NCBI GenBank assembly: GCA_964390555.1
Contig: CAYMJU010000207.1
Location: 6,466-70,465, forward strand
Length of the DNA stretch: 64,000 bases
DNA from: an uncultured Acidimicrobiales bacterium
GTDB lineage: Bacteria; Actinomycetota; Acidimicrobiia; Acidimicrobiales; SHLQ01
Reading direction: 5' to 3'
In this document: positions 53,752 through 61,986 of the stretch, in pieces
Layout: each line of letters opens with the position of its first letter
How positions within the stretch are numbered: the stretch's first letter is position 1
Notes under the pieces: model-generated
What the model was told of the DNA's origin: nothing
Databases searched by the model: none
Seen by the model: only the letters and a program-made list of their open reading frames with translations
Position numbers and translations under genes: made by a program

Positions 53752-54801
53752 TCATGTCGGCGGCCGAGCCGGCAATCCATTGGACGCGCGCAACTGGTCG
53801 AACTCTCCCAGGAATCGCTGCCTCAGGGTCCGCTTCTCGTCGTCGGGCGCCCAAGCCGCGGTGATCCCGGCGAGCGCGAGGTCCTCCATGTCCTCGAGCG
53901 AGTAGGAGTAGGCCGCGGCGACGGCCTCATACTCGTCGGCGATGTCGAAGCGCATCATGCCCGGGTCGTCGGAGTTGATCGTCACCAGCACCCCAGCGCG
54001 CCGTTGGCGGTCGAACGGGTGCGATGCCACGTCGGGCACGACGTTGGCGATCACCACGTTCGAGGTGGGGCACACGGTGAGCGGGATCTGCCGGTCGGCG
54101 ATCTCGGCGGTCAGGTCGGAGTCGTCGAGGAGCCGGAACCCGTGGTCGACCCGTTCGCATCCGAGCGTGCGCACCGCGGCGGCAATGTTGTCAGACGGCC
54201 CGTCCTCGCCGGCGTGGATCGTTCGGTGCAGCCCGAGGCGACCCGCCTCGGCAAACGCGGCCGCGAACGCCGTGTGGTCGATGCCTCGCTCGACAGAGTC
54301 GGCGCCCATGCCGATCAGAAGATCGCGATCCTGCGCTCCGGCGAACGCCGCCATCTCGAGCGCGTGCGCCGGGCCGGTCGGCTTGTCGAAGTCGAGCACC
54401 ATGCGGCACCCGATGTCGAGATCGCGGCGGGCATCGAGGAGCCCGGCCCGAACGCCCTCCCACACCGTGTCGACCGGCACGCCGAGCCGGATCACGAACC
54501 CGGGCGAGAAGAACATCTCGCGGTAGCGCACCCCGGCCGCGACTCCGTCCTCGAGCGCCTCGTAGGTGATGCGCCGGAAGTCGTCAGCGGTCACCAGGCT
54601 GGCGCAGATCACGTCGTAGATCGACAGGAACTGGTTGAGGTCGGTGAAGTCGAACAGATCGGCCGGGTCATCGACCGGAAGCGTGACGCCGTTCTTGGCC
54701 GCCAGCTCACCTATCGTCGAGGCCCGGGCCGCCCCTTCGACGTGGCAGTGCAACTCGACCTTCGGCAACCGCCGGATGTGCTCGCTCGTTGCCGTTGTCA
54801 T
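53752..54801 (-). CDS. add: adenosine deaminase
   Basis: KVELHCHVEGA, TIHAGED, VDHG, INSDDPGMM. ATGA overlap with the upstream Rieske gene. Confidence 0.8.
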   Translation of the reverse strand: MTTATSEHIRRLPKVELHCHVEGAARASTIGELAAKNGVTLPVDDPADLFDFTDLNQFLSIYDVICASLVTADDFRRITYEALEDGVAAGVRYREMFFSPGFVIRLGVPVDTVWEGVRAGLLDARRDLDIGCRMVLDFDKPTGPAHALEMAAFAGAQDRDLLIGMGADSVERGIDHTAFAAAFAEAGRLGLHRTIHAGEDGPSDNIAAAVRTLGCERVDHGFRLLDDSDLTAEIADRQIPLTVCPTSNVVIANVVPDVASHPFDRQRRAGVLVTINSDDPGMMRFDIADEYEAVAAAYSYSLEDMEDLALAGITAAWAPDDEKRTLRQRFLGEFDQLRASNGLPARPPT

Positions 54802-55793
54802 GGGGAAACTCCGTAGGTGAGGCCGAGCTCGGCGAGCCAGGTGCGGTAGGCGTGGGAGATCTTGTCGGTGCGCTGATGCGCCTCGTGCGACAGGTCCAGC
54901 GGCAGGCGCTTCGGGCGCTGCGACTGCACGATCGGGATGTCCTGGTCGAAGATCACCTGGTTGAAGGCGACGAACGCCTCGGGCGACACCGTGTCGTCGC
55001 GGTAGGCCGCAATCATCCAGACCCGGCAATGGGTCTCGTCGACCGGCGACGCCATGATCATCAGGTCGAACCCTGCGCCGCCATCGGTCGGCACCTTGTA
55101 CAAGGTCGCGATGTAGGGGTGAGGCACGTGGTAGCGGTACTCGACGTCGGCACCGTCAGCCGAGGTCGGAGTGGCCGCGGGCTGCCACGCCCAGACCGAC
55201 GGGATGTGCACCCCCCGGTCGTCGACGACCACCTCGTAGTCGGCGTACGCGGTGTGGGGCTCGGCGCCGAGGATGGCGCGGTGCACGAACGGGAAGTGCG
55301 CGACATCGAGGAAGTTCTCGACGATCCGCGGCCCACACGCGCTCAGCACGACCGGGTCGTGGTGCGCGTGTCGGGTGCCCGGCTCGTCGTAGGGCGGGAA
55401 GTAGTCGAGGTCGTCCGGCGGAGTTCCGAGCGAGACCCACACGACGCCGTACTTCTCTCGCACCGGATAGGTGCGCAGGCAAAGGGTCCGGGGCGGCGTC
55501 GCGGTGGGGAACGCGGGCCTCAGGGCGCACACACCGTCGGAGTCGAACTGCCACCCGTGGTACGGGCACATGATCCGGTCGCCGCGCAACTCACCGATCG
55601 ACAGCGCGGCGCCGCGATGCGGGCACTGATCGTGCGCGGCCCGGATCGCCCCGTCCGGCGTGCGCCACAGGACCAAGGGATGCTCCATCAACGTCACGCC
55701 GAACGGCTCGCCCGCCGCCACGTCGCGAGAATTGACGACCGGCATCCACGAATCCGCCAGCACCCGATCCGGCGCCGGAACGTCAACGATCAT
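54798..55793 (-). CDS. Rieske [2Fe-2S] non-heme-iron oxygenase, catalytic alpha-type subunit
   Basis: Rieske motif CPHRGAALS...CPYHGWQF and mononuclear iron motif NFLDVAHFPFVH. No reductase or ferredoxin partner is adjacent. Confidence 0.8.
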   Translation of the reverse strand: MIVDVPAPDRVLADSWMPVVNSRDVAAGEPFGVTLMEHPLVLWRTPDGAIRAAHDQCPHRGAALSIGELRGDRIMCPYHGWQFDSDGVCALRPAFPTATPPRTLCLRTYPVREKYGVVWVSLGTPPDDLDYFPPYDEPGTRHAHHDPVVLSACGPRIVENFLDVAHFPFVHRAILGAEPHTAYADYEVVVDDRGVHIPSVWAWQPAATPTSADGADVEYRYHVPHPYIATLYKVPTDGGAGFDLMIMASPVDETHCRVWMIAAYRDDTVSPEAFVAFNQVIFDQDIPIVQSQRPKRLPLDLSHEAHQRTDKISHAYRTWLAELGLTYGVSP

Positions 55794-55884
55794 CTCTGCC
55801 CCGCCCCCACCCTCGATCCCCTCGTTCTTGGCGCGAATCTGGTCGTCCAGCGACCAGATTCGCGCCAGGAACGAGGGGATGGGG

Positions 55885-57069
55885 TCATAGGGACATCTCC
55901 AGGACGGCGCGACAGCCTTCGGGGGTGCCGGGGATGGGGTTGTTCTTTAGCAGGTAGCTGTGCATGGCGTCGTCGACCAGCCGGTCGTGGTCACCGTCGA
56001 GCACCCCGGCCTCGCGCAGTCGCATGCCCATGCCGATGCGGTCGTTGAGGGCCCGGATGGTGTCGCCAGCCACGGCTGCGGCACCCTCGTCGTCGGCGAC
56101 ATCGACGCCGAAGGTGCGGGCGACCCATGCTGTCTTGGCCAGCACCGCCGAGCGGTTGAAGTCGAGGGTGGCCGGCATCAACGCCGCGCACAAATACCCG
56201 TGGTGCAGGTCGTAGAGGTACCCGACCGGCATGGCGACCGCGTGCAGGATGCCCAGGCCCGACTGCTCCTTGGCGAGCCCGCCGAGGGCCGACGCGATCG
56301 TGAGCGCGGAGCGGGCGTCGAGATTGGATCCGTCGGCGACGACGGCCTCGAGGTGCGCTGCGACCAGCCGCATCGCCTGCTCGGCCAGGGCGTCGGAGAA
56401 CGGGTTGGCGGCGAGACCGAGGTAGGCCTCGAGGGCGTGGGAGAGCGCGTCCATCCCGGTGGCGGCGGTGAGCCACGGCGGCATTCCGACCATGAGCTCG
56501 GGATCGAGGATCGTGACCCACGGCGCCGTCCCGGGACCGAAGACACCCTTTTTCTCGCCGGTGGCGTGGTCGACGAGCACCGACACCTTGGCCGATTCGG
56601 CGCCCGATCCTGCGGTGGTCGGAATCGCGATCTGGGGAACGCCGGCCACTTCGATCTTGCGCTCGCCGGTCATGAAGTCGTGCGCCGAGCAGCCGTTGGC
56701 GGCTGCGGCCGCGATGATCTTCGCGGTGTCGATCGGGCTGCCGCCCCCGAGCCCGACGACCGCTTGCGCACCGAACTCCGTCAGCACCGCCGCGCCGGCA
56801 TCGACGTTGTCGACCGTCGGGTTCGACTTGACGTCGGCGAACCGCTCGACCGCGATTCCGCCTTCGCGCAGCTGGTTCTCGACGCGATCGGCGATGCCGG
56901 TGGCAACGATCCCGGGATCGGTCACGACCAGCGCCCGGTCTATCCCCCGGCCGGCCAGTCGTGCGGCCGCCTCGGCGGACCGGCCCGGACCGAACACGAA
57001 CTCGATCGGCGATGCGTACTGGAAGGCGTTGATCACGGATTCATTCTTCCCTGACGAGACCGATTGCAC
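55885..57069 (-). CDS. iron-containing (group III) alcohol dehydrogenase
   Basis: GLGGGSPIDTAK, later His-rich metal-site region (LSHALEAY, HAVAM). The start is probably internal (e.g. GTG 57036), because the ORF start at 57069 leaves only 11 nt to the divergent gene. Confidence 0.8.
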   Translation of the reverse strand: MQSVSSGKNESVINAFQYASPIEFVFGPGRSAEAAARLAGRGIDRALVVTDPGIVATGIADRVENQLREGGIAVERFADVKSNPTVDNVDAGAAVLTEFGAQAVVGLGGGSPIDTAKIIAAAAANGCSAHDFMTGERKIEVAGVPQIAIPTTAGSGAESAKVSVLVDHATGEKKGVFGPGTAPWVTILDPELMVGMPPWLTAATGMDALSHALEAYLGLAANPFSDALAEQAMRLVAAHLEAVVADGSNLDARSALTIASALGGLAKEQSGLGILHAVAMPVGYLYDLHHGYLCAALMPATLDFNRSAVLAKTAWVARTFGVDVADDEGAAAVAGDTIRALNDRIGMGMRLREAGVLDGDHDRLVDDAMHSYLLKNNPIPGTPEGCRAVLEMSL

Positions 57070-57080
57070 CAGCGGGGCCG

Positions 57081-57629
57081 GTGGCGCGCGAGGATGCGTC
57101 CATGCTCGAACACGCGGCTGACGAGGCCATCCGGGGGTTGCGCGAAGCGGGCATCGACTTCGTGTCCGGCCTTCCCGACGGCTGGCAACGCAACCTCCAC
57201 GAACGGGTAGAGGCCGATCCGGCGTTCCAGTACGTACCGGTGTGCAACGAGGGCGTCGGCTTCTCGGTGTGCGCCGGTGCCTGGCTCGGCGGCAAGAAGC
57301 CAGCGCTCATCATGGAGAACAGCGGGTTACGGGTCGCCGCCGAGTACATCGCCCGCATTGCCCTCGGCACCGGCGTCCCGGTCACGCTGTTGCTCTCGTA
57401 CCGAGGCGATCTCGGCGAGACCGAGCACTGGGGGATCCCGCACGGCATCGTGGCCGAGCCGCTGCTCCAGGCACTGCGGATCAAGTACGTGATCGTGCGC
57501 AAGGTCGAGGACCTGGCGGTGTCGATCCAGCGCGCCAAGCGGATCGCCGAGGCCCAGCTGCACCCGGCGGCGGTGCTGATCTCGGGCGACTGCGTGTGGG
57601 CCGACCGAGCTGACCGGAGGGAGACGTGA
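57081..57629 (+). CDS. ThDP-dependent decarboxylase alpha subunit (sulfopyruvate/phosphonopyruvate decarboxylase ComD-like, PYR domain)
   Basis: VPVCNEGVGFSVCAGAWLGGKKPALIMENSGL matches the ComD/Ppd N-terminal-domain pattern (E...G.aaGa.l.Gk.p..lmqnSGlg). The alternative start is ATG 57102. Confidence 0.7.
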   Translation: MAREDASMLEHAADEAIRGLREAGIDFVSGLPDGWQRNLHERVEADPAFQYVPVCNEGVGFSVCAGAWLGGKKPALIMENSGLRVAAEYIARIALGTGVPVTLLLSYRGDLGETEHWGIPHGIVAEPLLQALRIKYVIVRKVEDLAVSIQRAKRIAEAQLHPAAVLISGDCVWADRADRRET

Positions 57630-58282
57630 TGGCGCTCGACCGATTCGAATGGCTCGGTCGCCTGGCCGGCCGGGTTCCCGAGGACGCGCTGGTCATGTCG
57701 ACCTACATCGGCGCCGTGTCCTTCGAGTGGGCCCATCACACCGGCGAGCATCCGCGCAGCGCCCACCTCGGTCAGATGGGCGACGTGATCGGCATGGCCG
57801 TCGGTCTGGCTCTGGCGCTCCCCCATCGGCCGGTGTGGTGCCTCGACGGCGACGGATCGGTGCTGATGGAGCTCGGTCAGCTCGTCGCCATGGGCGAGCA
57901 TCGTCCCGCGAACCTGGTCGTGTGGGTGGTCGACAATGGGGTATACGAATCGATCGGCTGGGGCGCCGCCGGGCGACGCCCGACCGCGACTGCGTCGAGC
58001 ACCAACCTCGCGGCGATGGCCGCCGCCTGCGGGGTGACCCACACCGCCGACGTCGACTCCTGGCACCATCTCGACGCCGAGATCGACCGGGCGCTCACGG
58101 TTCGCGAGTGCAGCTTCGTCAACGTGCGCACCGAGCCAGGTCACGCGCACGTGCAGCCCCGGCGCACCGACGGCATCGAGGACAAGTACCGATTCGTCCG
58201 CTACGTCGAGCAGCTCGAAGGCATATGGATCACCGGCGTGCCACCCCAGGACCTCGGACTCATGAAGGGTCGCAAGCACTGA
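57626..58282 (+). CDS. ThDP-dependent decarboxylase beta subunit (ComE-like, PP domain)
   Basis: ThDP-binding motif LDGDGSVLMELGQLVAM...VVWVVDNG (GDG-x24ish-NN-like). 4-nt overlap with the alpha subunit gene. Confidence 0.7.
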   Translation: MMALDRFEWLGRLAGRVPEDALVMSTYIGAVSFEWAHHTGEHPRSAHLGQMGDVIGMAVGLALALPHRPVWCLDGDGSVLMELGQLVAMGEHRPANLVVWVVDNGVYESIGWGAAGRRPTATASSTNLAAMAAACGVTHTADVDSWHHLDAEIDRALTVRECSFVNVRTEPGHAHVQPRRTDGIEDKYRFVRYVEQLEGIWITGVPPQDLGLMKGRKH

Positions 58283-58389
58283 CCTGCGGGCTCGGTTCGT
58301 ACGGGACAGACGCGGCCGACCCGGTACGTCGCCGAGCGAATTCACGCACGCGGTAGTGTCTCGGCAACCCGCACTGCGAGGAGACCGAC

Positions 58390-59010
58390 ATGGTCGACAT
58401 CTGGTCCACGATCCATACCGAACGAATGGCCCTCGCCGACCAGCTCGCCGACGTCGACGACGAGGCCTGGGACACGGCGTCGTTGTGCGAGGCCTGGACG
58501 GTTCGCGACGTCGTCGCCCACATGACCGCCACGGCCAAGATCAGCCCGCTGAGCTTCCTTCCCAAGCTGATCGGTTCGGGGTTCAGCTTGGGCCGAATGC
58601 AGGCCAAGGACGTCGCCCGCGAGCGGGGCACATCGGCGGCCGACACGCTCGCCCGCTTCCGCTCGATCGTCTCGTCGTCGAAGCACCCGCCAGGTCCGAG
58701 CGACACGTGGCTCGGTGAGGTGATCGTGCACGCCGAGGACGTTCGGCGTCCACTCGGACTCGCCCATGCGTACCCACTCGACGCCGCCGCCCAGGTCGCC
58801 GACTCCTATGCGAAGTCCAACCTGATCATCGGGGGCAAGCGACGAATGGCCGGCCTGAACCTCACGGCCACCGATACCAGTTGGACCCGGGGCGAAGGAC
58901 CCGAGGTCGCGGGCCCGATGATGTCGCTGCTCCTCGCGGTGACCGGCCGCCGGTCGGGCCTCGACGACCTCACCGGCGACGGGGTCTCGATCCTCGCGGG
59001 TCGGTGCTGA
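58390..59010 (+). CDS. mycothiol-dependent maleylpyruvate isomerase-family (DinB-like) protein
   Basis: N-terminal pattern ERMALADQLADVDDEAWDTASLCEAWTVRDVVAHM is typical of the actinobacterial MDMPI_N/TIGR03083-type family. Confidence 0.65.
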   Translation: MVDIWSTIHTERMALADQLADVDDEAWDTASLCEAWTVRDVVAHMTATAKISPLSFLPKLIGSGFSLGRMQAKDVARERGTSAADTLARFRSIVSSSKHPPGPSDTWLGEVIVHAEDVRRPLGLAHAYPLDAAAQVADSYAKSNLIIGGKRRMAGLNLTATDTSWTRGEGPEVAGPMMSLLLAVTGRRSGLDDLTGDGVSILAGRC

Positions 59011-59022
59011 TCGTCATAGGCG

Positions 59023-60474
59023 TCACGCCACGAACGACACGAGTTTTGTCTCGAGGAACGCGGACAGGCCGTCGTGACCGCCCTCGCGACCGAGCCCGGA
59101 CTCCTTGAAGCCCCCGAACGGCGCGGTCGGCGAGGCGGGCATGGCGTCGTTGACGCCGACGATGCCGTACTCGAGCCGCTCTGACACCCGCATCGCCCGG
59201 CCCAGGTCGCGGGTGAACAGATACGCCGCCAGTCCATAGGGCGTGTCGTTGGCCCGGCGGACGACCTCGTCCTCGGTGTCGAACGCGAGCAGTGGCGCAA
59301 CGGGCCCGAACGTCTCCTCGGTGGCGCACAACATGTCGTCGGTACACCCGGCGAGGACGGTCGGGGCAAAGAAGTAGCCGCCATCGAGACCCGCGCCGGT
59401 GACCCGTTCGCCCCCCACCGCAACCATGGCGCCCTTGGTCACCGCGTCGGCGACGTGGGCGGCCACCTTGTCGTAACCGCGGTCGTCGATCAGCGGGCCG
59501 ACGTCGACACCGGCCCGGGACCCGGGGCCGACGGTGAGCTTGGCCACGGCCTCGGTGAGCTTGGCCGTGAACGCGTCGACGATGGCGGCCTGCACGAACA
59601 CCCGGTTGGCGCACAGGCACGACTGGCCGTTGACCTGGAACTTCGATGCCAGCACCCCGGCCACCGCGGCGTCGAGGTCGGCGTCGTCGAACACGATGAA
59701 CGGCGCCTGGCCGCCGAGCTCGAGCGACACCCGGGCCAACGTGTCGGCCGACTGCCGAACGAGGATCTTGCCGACCTCGGTCGAGCCGGTGAAGGTGATC
59801 TTGCGCACCCTCTTGTCGCCCACCAATGCGCCGGAAACGGCGACCGGGTCGGCGGCGGTCACCAGGTTGACGACCCCCGGCGGCAGCCCGGCCCGGTCGA
59901 TCGCCTCGAACAGCATCCGTGGGGACAGTGGGGTCTGCTCGGCCGGCTTCACGACCATCGTGCAGCCGGCCGCCAGGGCGGGTGCAAGCTTGCGGGCGAT
60001 CATGGCGACAGGGAAGTTCCACGGCGTGATCGCCACCGCGACGCCGAGCGGCTTGCGCTGCACCATCAGCCGCTTGCCCGGCACCTGGGCGGGCACGATC
60101 TCGCCGTAGGCCCGGCGGCCCTCCTCGGCGAACCAGTCGAGCCAGTCGGTCGCGTAGCGGACCTCGAACAGCGCCTGACCGCGGGGCTTGCCCTGCTCGG
60201 CGACGATCACGTCGGCGATCTCGTCGAGGTGCGACAGCAGCTCGGCGGAGATGCGCCGCAGCGCCGCGCCGCGGTCCTTGGCCGGCACCGCGGCCCATTC
60301 GTCGAACGCCCCGTACGCCGCGTCGACCGCCCGACTCGCCAGCTCAGGCGAGGCATCGGCGGCCCGCCCGACCTCGGCTCCCGTCGCCGGATCGTGCACG
60401 GCAAACGTTCCACCAGCCGCGACCCACTCACCATTGATGTAACAACACTGGTCCATGACCCCTGATCCTGTCAT
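59023..60474 (-). CDS. gabD: NAD(P)-dependent aldehyde dehydrogenase, succinate-semialdehyde dehydrogenase-like
   Basis: ALDH motifs: FTGSTEVGK, catalytic ELGG and NGQSCLCANR. Overall GabD-like sequence. Confidence 0.8.
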   Translation of the reverse strand: MTGSGVMDQCCYINGEWVAAGGTFAVHDPATGAEVGRAADASPELASRAVDAAYGAFDEWAAVPAKDRGAALRRISAELLSHLDEIADVIVAEQGKPRGQALFEVRYATDWLDWFAEEGRRAYGEIVPAQVPGKRLMVQRKPLGVAVAITPWNFPVAMIARKLAPALAAGCTMVVKPAEQTPLSPRMLFEAIDRAGLPPGVVNLVTAADPVAVSGALVGDKRVRKITFTGSTEVGKILVRQSADTLARVSLELGGQAPFIVFDDADLDAAVAGVLASKFQVNGQSCLCANRVFVQAAIVDAFTAKLTEAVAKLTVGPGSRAGVDVGPLIDDRGYDKVAAHVADAVTKGAMVAVGGERVTGAGLDGGYFFAPTVLAGCTDDMLCATEETFGPVAPLLAFDTEDEVVRRANDTPYGLAAYLFTRDLGRAMRVSERLEYGIVGVNDAMPASPTAPFGGFKESGLGREGGHDGLSAFLETKLVSFVA

Positions 60475-60549
60475 TCTGTCAACGGGTTACGCGACACAGG
60501 GTCGGGTAACCGCTCACACAAGCACGCCGCGGGCGAGGATGGAGGGGCC

Positions 60550-61935
60550 ATGAACGCAGGGGCAGGACAGGGAGCGGATCTGCTGGTGGCGGGGGCCGAG
60601 CTGGTGGTGACGATGGACGGGCCGCGCCGCGAGATCCCCGGCGGATGGGTCGCCATCACCGACGGGCTGGTGAGCGGGGTCGGCGGGCCGGGGACCGAAC
60701 CCACCGCGGCACGGACATTGCGGGCCGATGGCTGCCTGGTCACGCCGGGGCTCGTCAACACCCATCACCACATCTATCAGAACCTCACCCGGTCGTTCCG
60801 ACCCGCGCTCTCGGGCAACCTCTTCCACTGGTTGCGAACGCTGTACCCGGTCTGGAGTCGCCTTGACGAGGAGGCGGCGTACGTCTCGGCCTGGATCGGC
60901 ATGTGCGAGCTGGCCCTCGGCGGTTGCACGACCTCGACCGACCACCTCTACGTCCATCCCAAAGGCGGGGGGGACCTGATCTCCGCCGAGATCACCGCGG
61001 CCCGCGAGCTCGGCTTCCGGTTCCATCCCACCCGCGGTTCGATGAGCCTGTCGGAAAAGGACGGTGGGCTGCCACCCGACTCGGTCGTGCAGGACGACGA
61101 CGACATCCTCGCCGACTCCGAACGGTTGGTCCGGCTCCACCATGATCCGACGCCAGGCGCCATGGTGAGGATCGCGCTGGCGCCGTGCTCACCGTTCTCG
61201 GTCACGCCCGACTTGATGCGGCGGACCGCCGAGCTGGCCGAACGTCTCGACGTGCGCCTCCACACCCATCTGGCCGAAGACCGCGACGAGGACACGTTCT
61301 GCGTCGAGACGTTCGGGTGCCGCCCGATCGAGCACTTCGAGAACGTCGGCTGGGGCGGCGACCGGGCCTGGGTCGCGCACTGCGTCTACCCCAACGCCGA
61401 CGAGATCGGCCGCTTGGCCCGATGGGGTACCGGAGTCGCCCACTGCCCGAGCTCCAACCAGTTGATCGGCGCCGGGCTGGCCCCGATACGCGAGTACCGC
61501 AACGCCGGCGTGAACGTCGGCATCGGGTGCGACGGGTCGGCATCCACGGACTGCGCCTCGTTGTGGCTCGAGACGCGCGGCGCCCTGCTGCTCGCCCGCC
61601 TGCGCGGGGGGCCCGAGGCCATGCTGGCGAGGGAAGCGCTCGAGATGGCGACTCTCGGCGGGGCGGCATGCCTCGGGCGCGACGACATCGGCGCCCTCGA
61701 GGTCGGCCGAGCCGGCGATCTCGTGGTGTGGCCGATGGAGGGAGTCGCGTTCGCCGGCGCGCTGACCGACCCGGTCGAGGCGTGGCTCCGGTGTGGCCCG
61801 ACGGCGGCCCGCCACACGGTGGTCGGTGGTCGCACCCTCGTCGAAGGTGGAGTGCTCGCCGTATCGGGCGTCGACGAGATGCTCACCCGCCACCGCTCGA
61901 TCGCCTCGTCGTGGCTGACCGCGTCGGCCATGTGA
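60550..61935 (+). CDS. amidohydrolase-superfamily deaminase (8-oxoguanine deaminase / AtzB-like)
   Basis: VTPGLVNTHHHIYQ (HxH), HTHLAE, later HC and CDGSAS metal and acid ligands. Confidence 0.7.
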   Translation: MNAGAGQGADLLVAGAELVVTMDGPRREIPGGWVAITDGLVSGVGGPGTEPTAARTLRADGCLVTPGLVNTHHHIYQNLTRSFRPALSGNLFHWLRTLYPVWSRLDEEAAYVSAWIGMCELALGGCTTSTDHLYVHPKGGGDLISAEITAARELGFRFHPTRGSMSLSEKDGGLPPDSVVQDDDDILADSERLVRLHHDPTPGAMVRIALAPCSPFSVTPDLMRRTAELAERLDVRLHTHLAEDRDEDTFCVETFGCRPIEHFENVGWGGDRAWVAHCVYPNADEIGRLARWGTGVAHCPSSNQLIGAGLAPIREYRNAGVNVGIGCDGSASTDCASLWLETRGALLLARLRGGPEAMLAREALEMATLGGAACLGRDDIGALEVGRAGDLVVWPMEGVAFAGALTDPVEAWLRCGPTAARHTVVGGRTLVEGGVLAVSGVDEMLTRHRSIASSWLTASAM

Positions 61936-61986
61936 ACAATCGACCCGCTCGGTGTAGCGTCGCTCGCGGCGAGTGGGGAGTCGGCC

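Noticed and set aside
60486-60511. Inverted repeat GGTTAC-N14-GTAACC between the gabD-like gene and the amidohydrolase gene
   Set aside because: A single occurrence with a long spacer and no partner regulator nearby. A chance match cannot be excluded.
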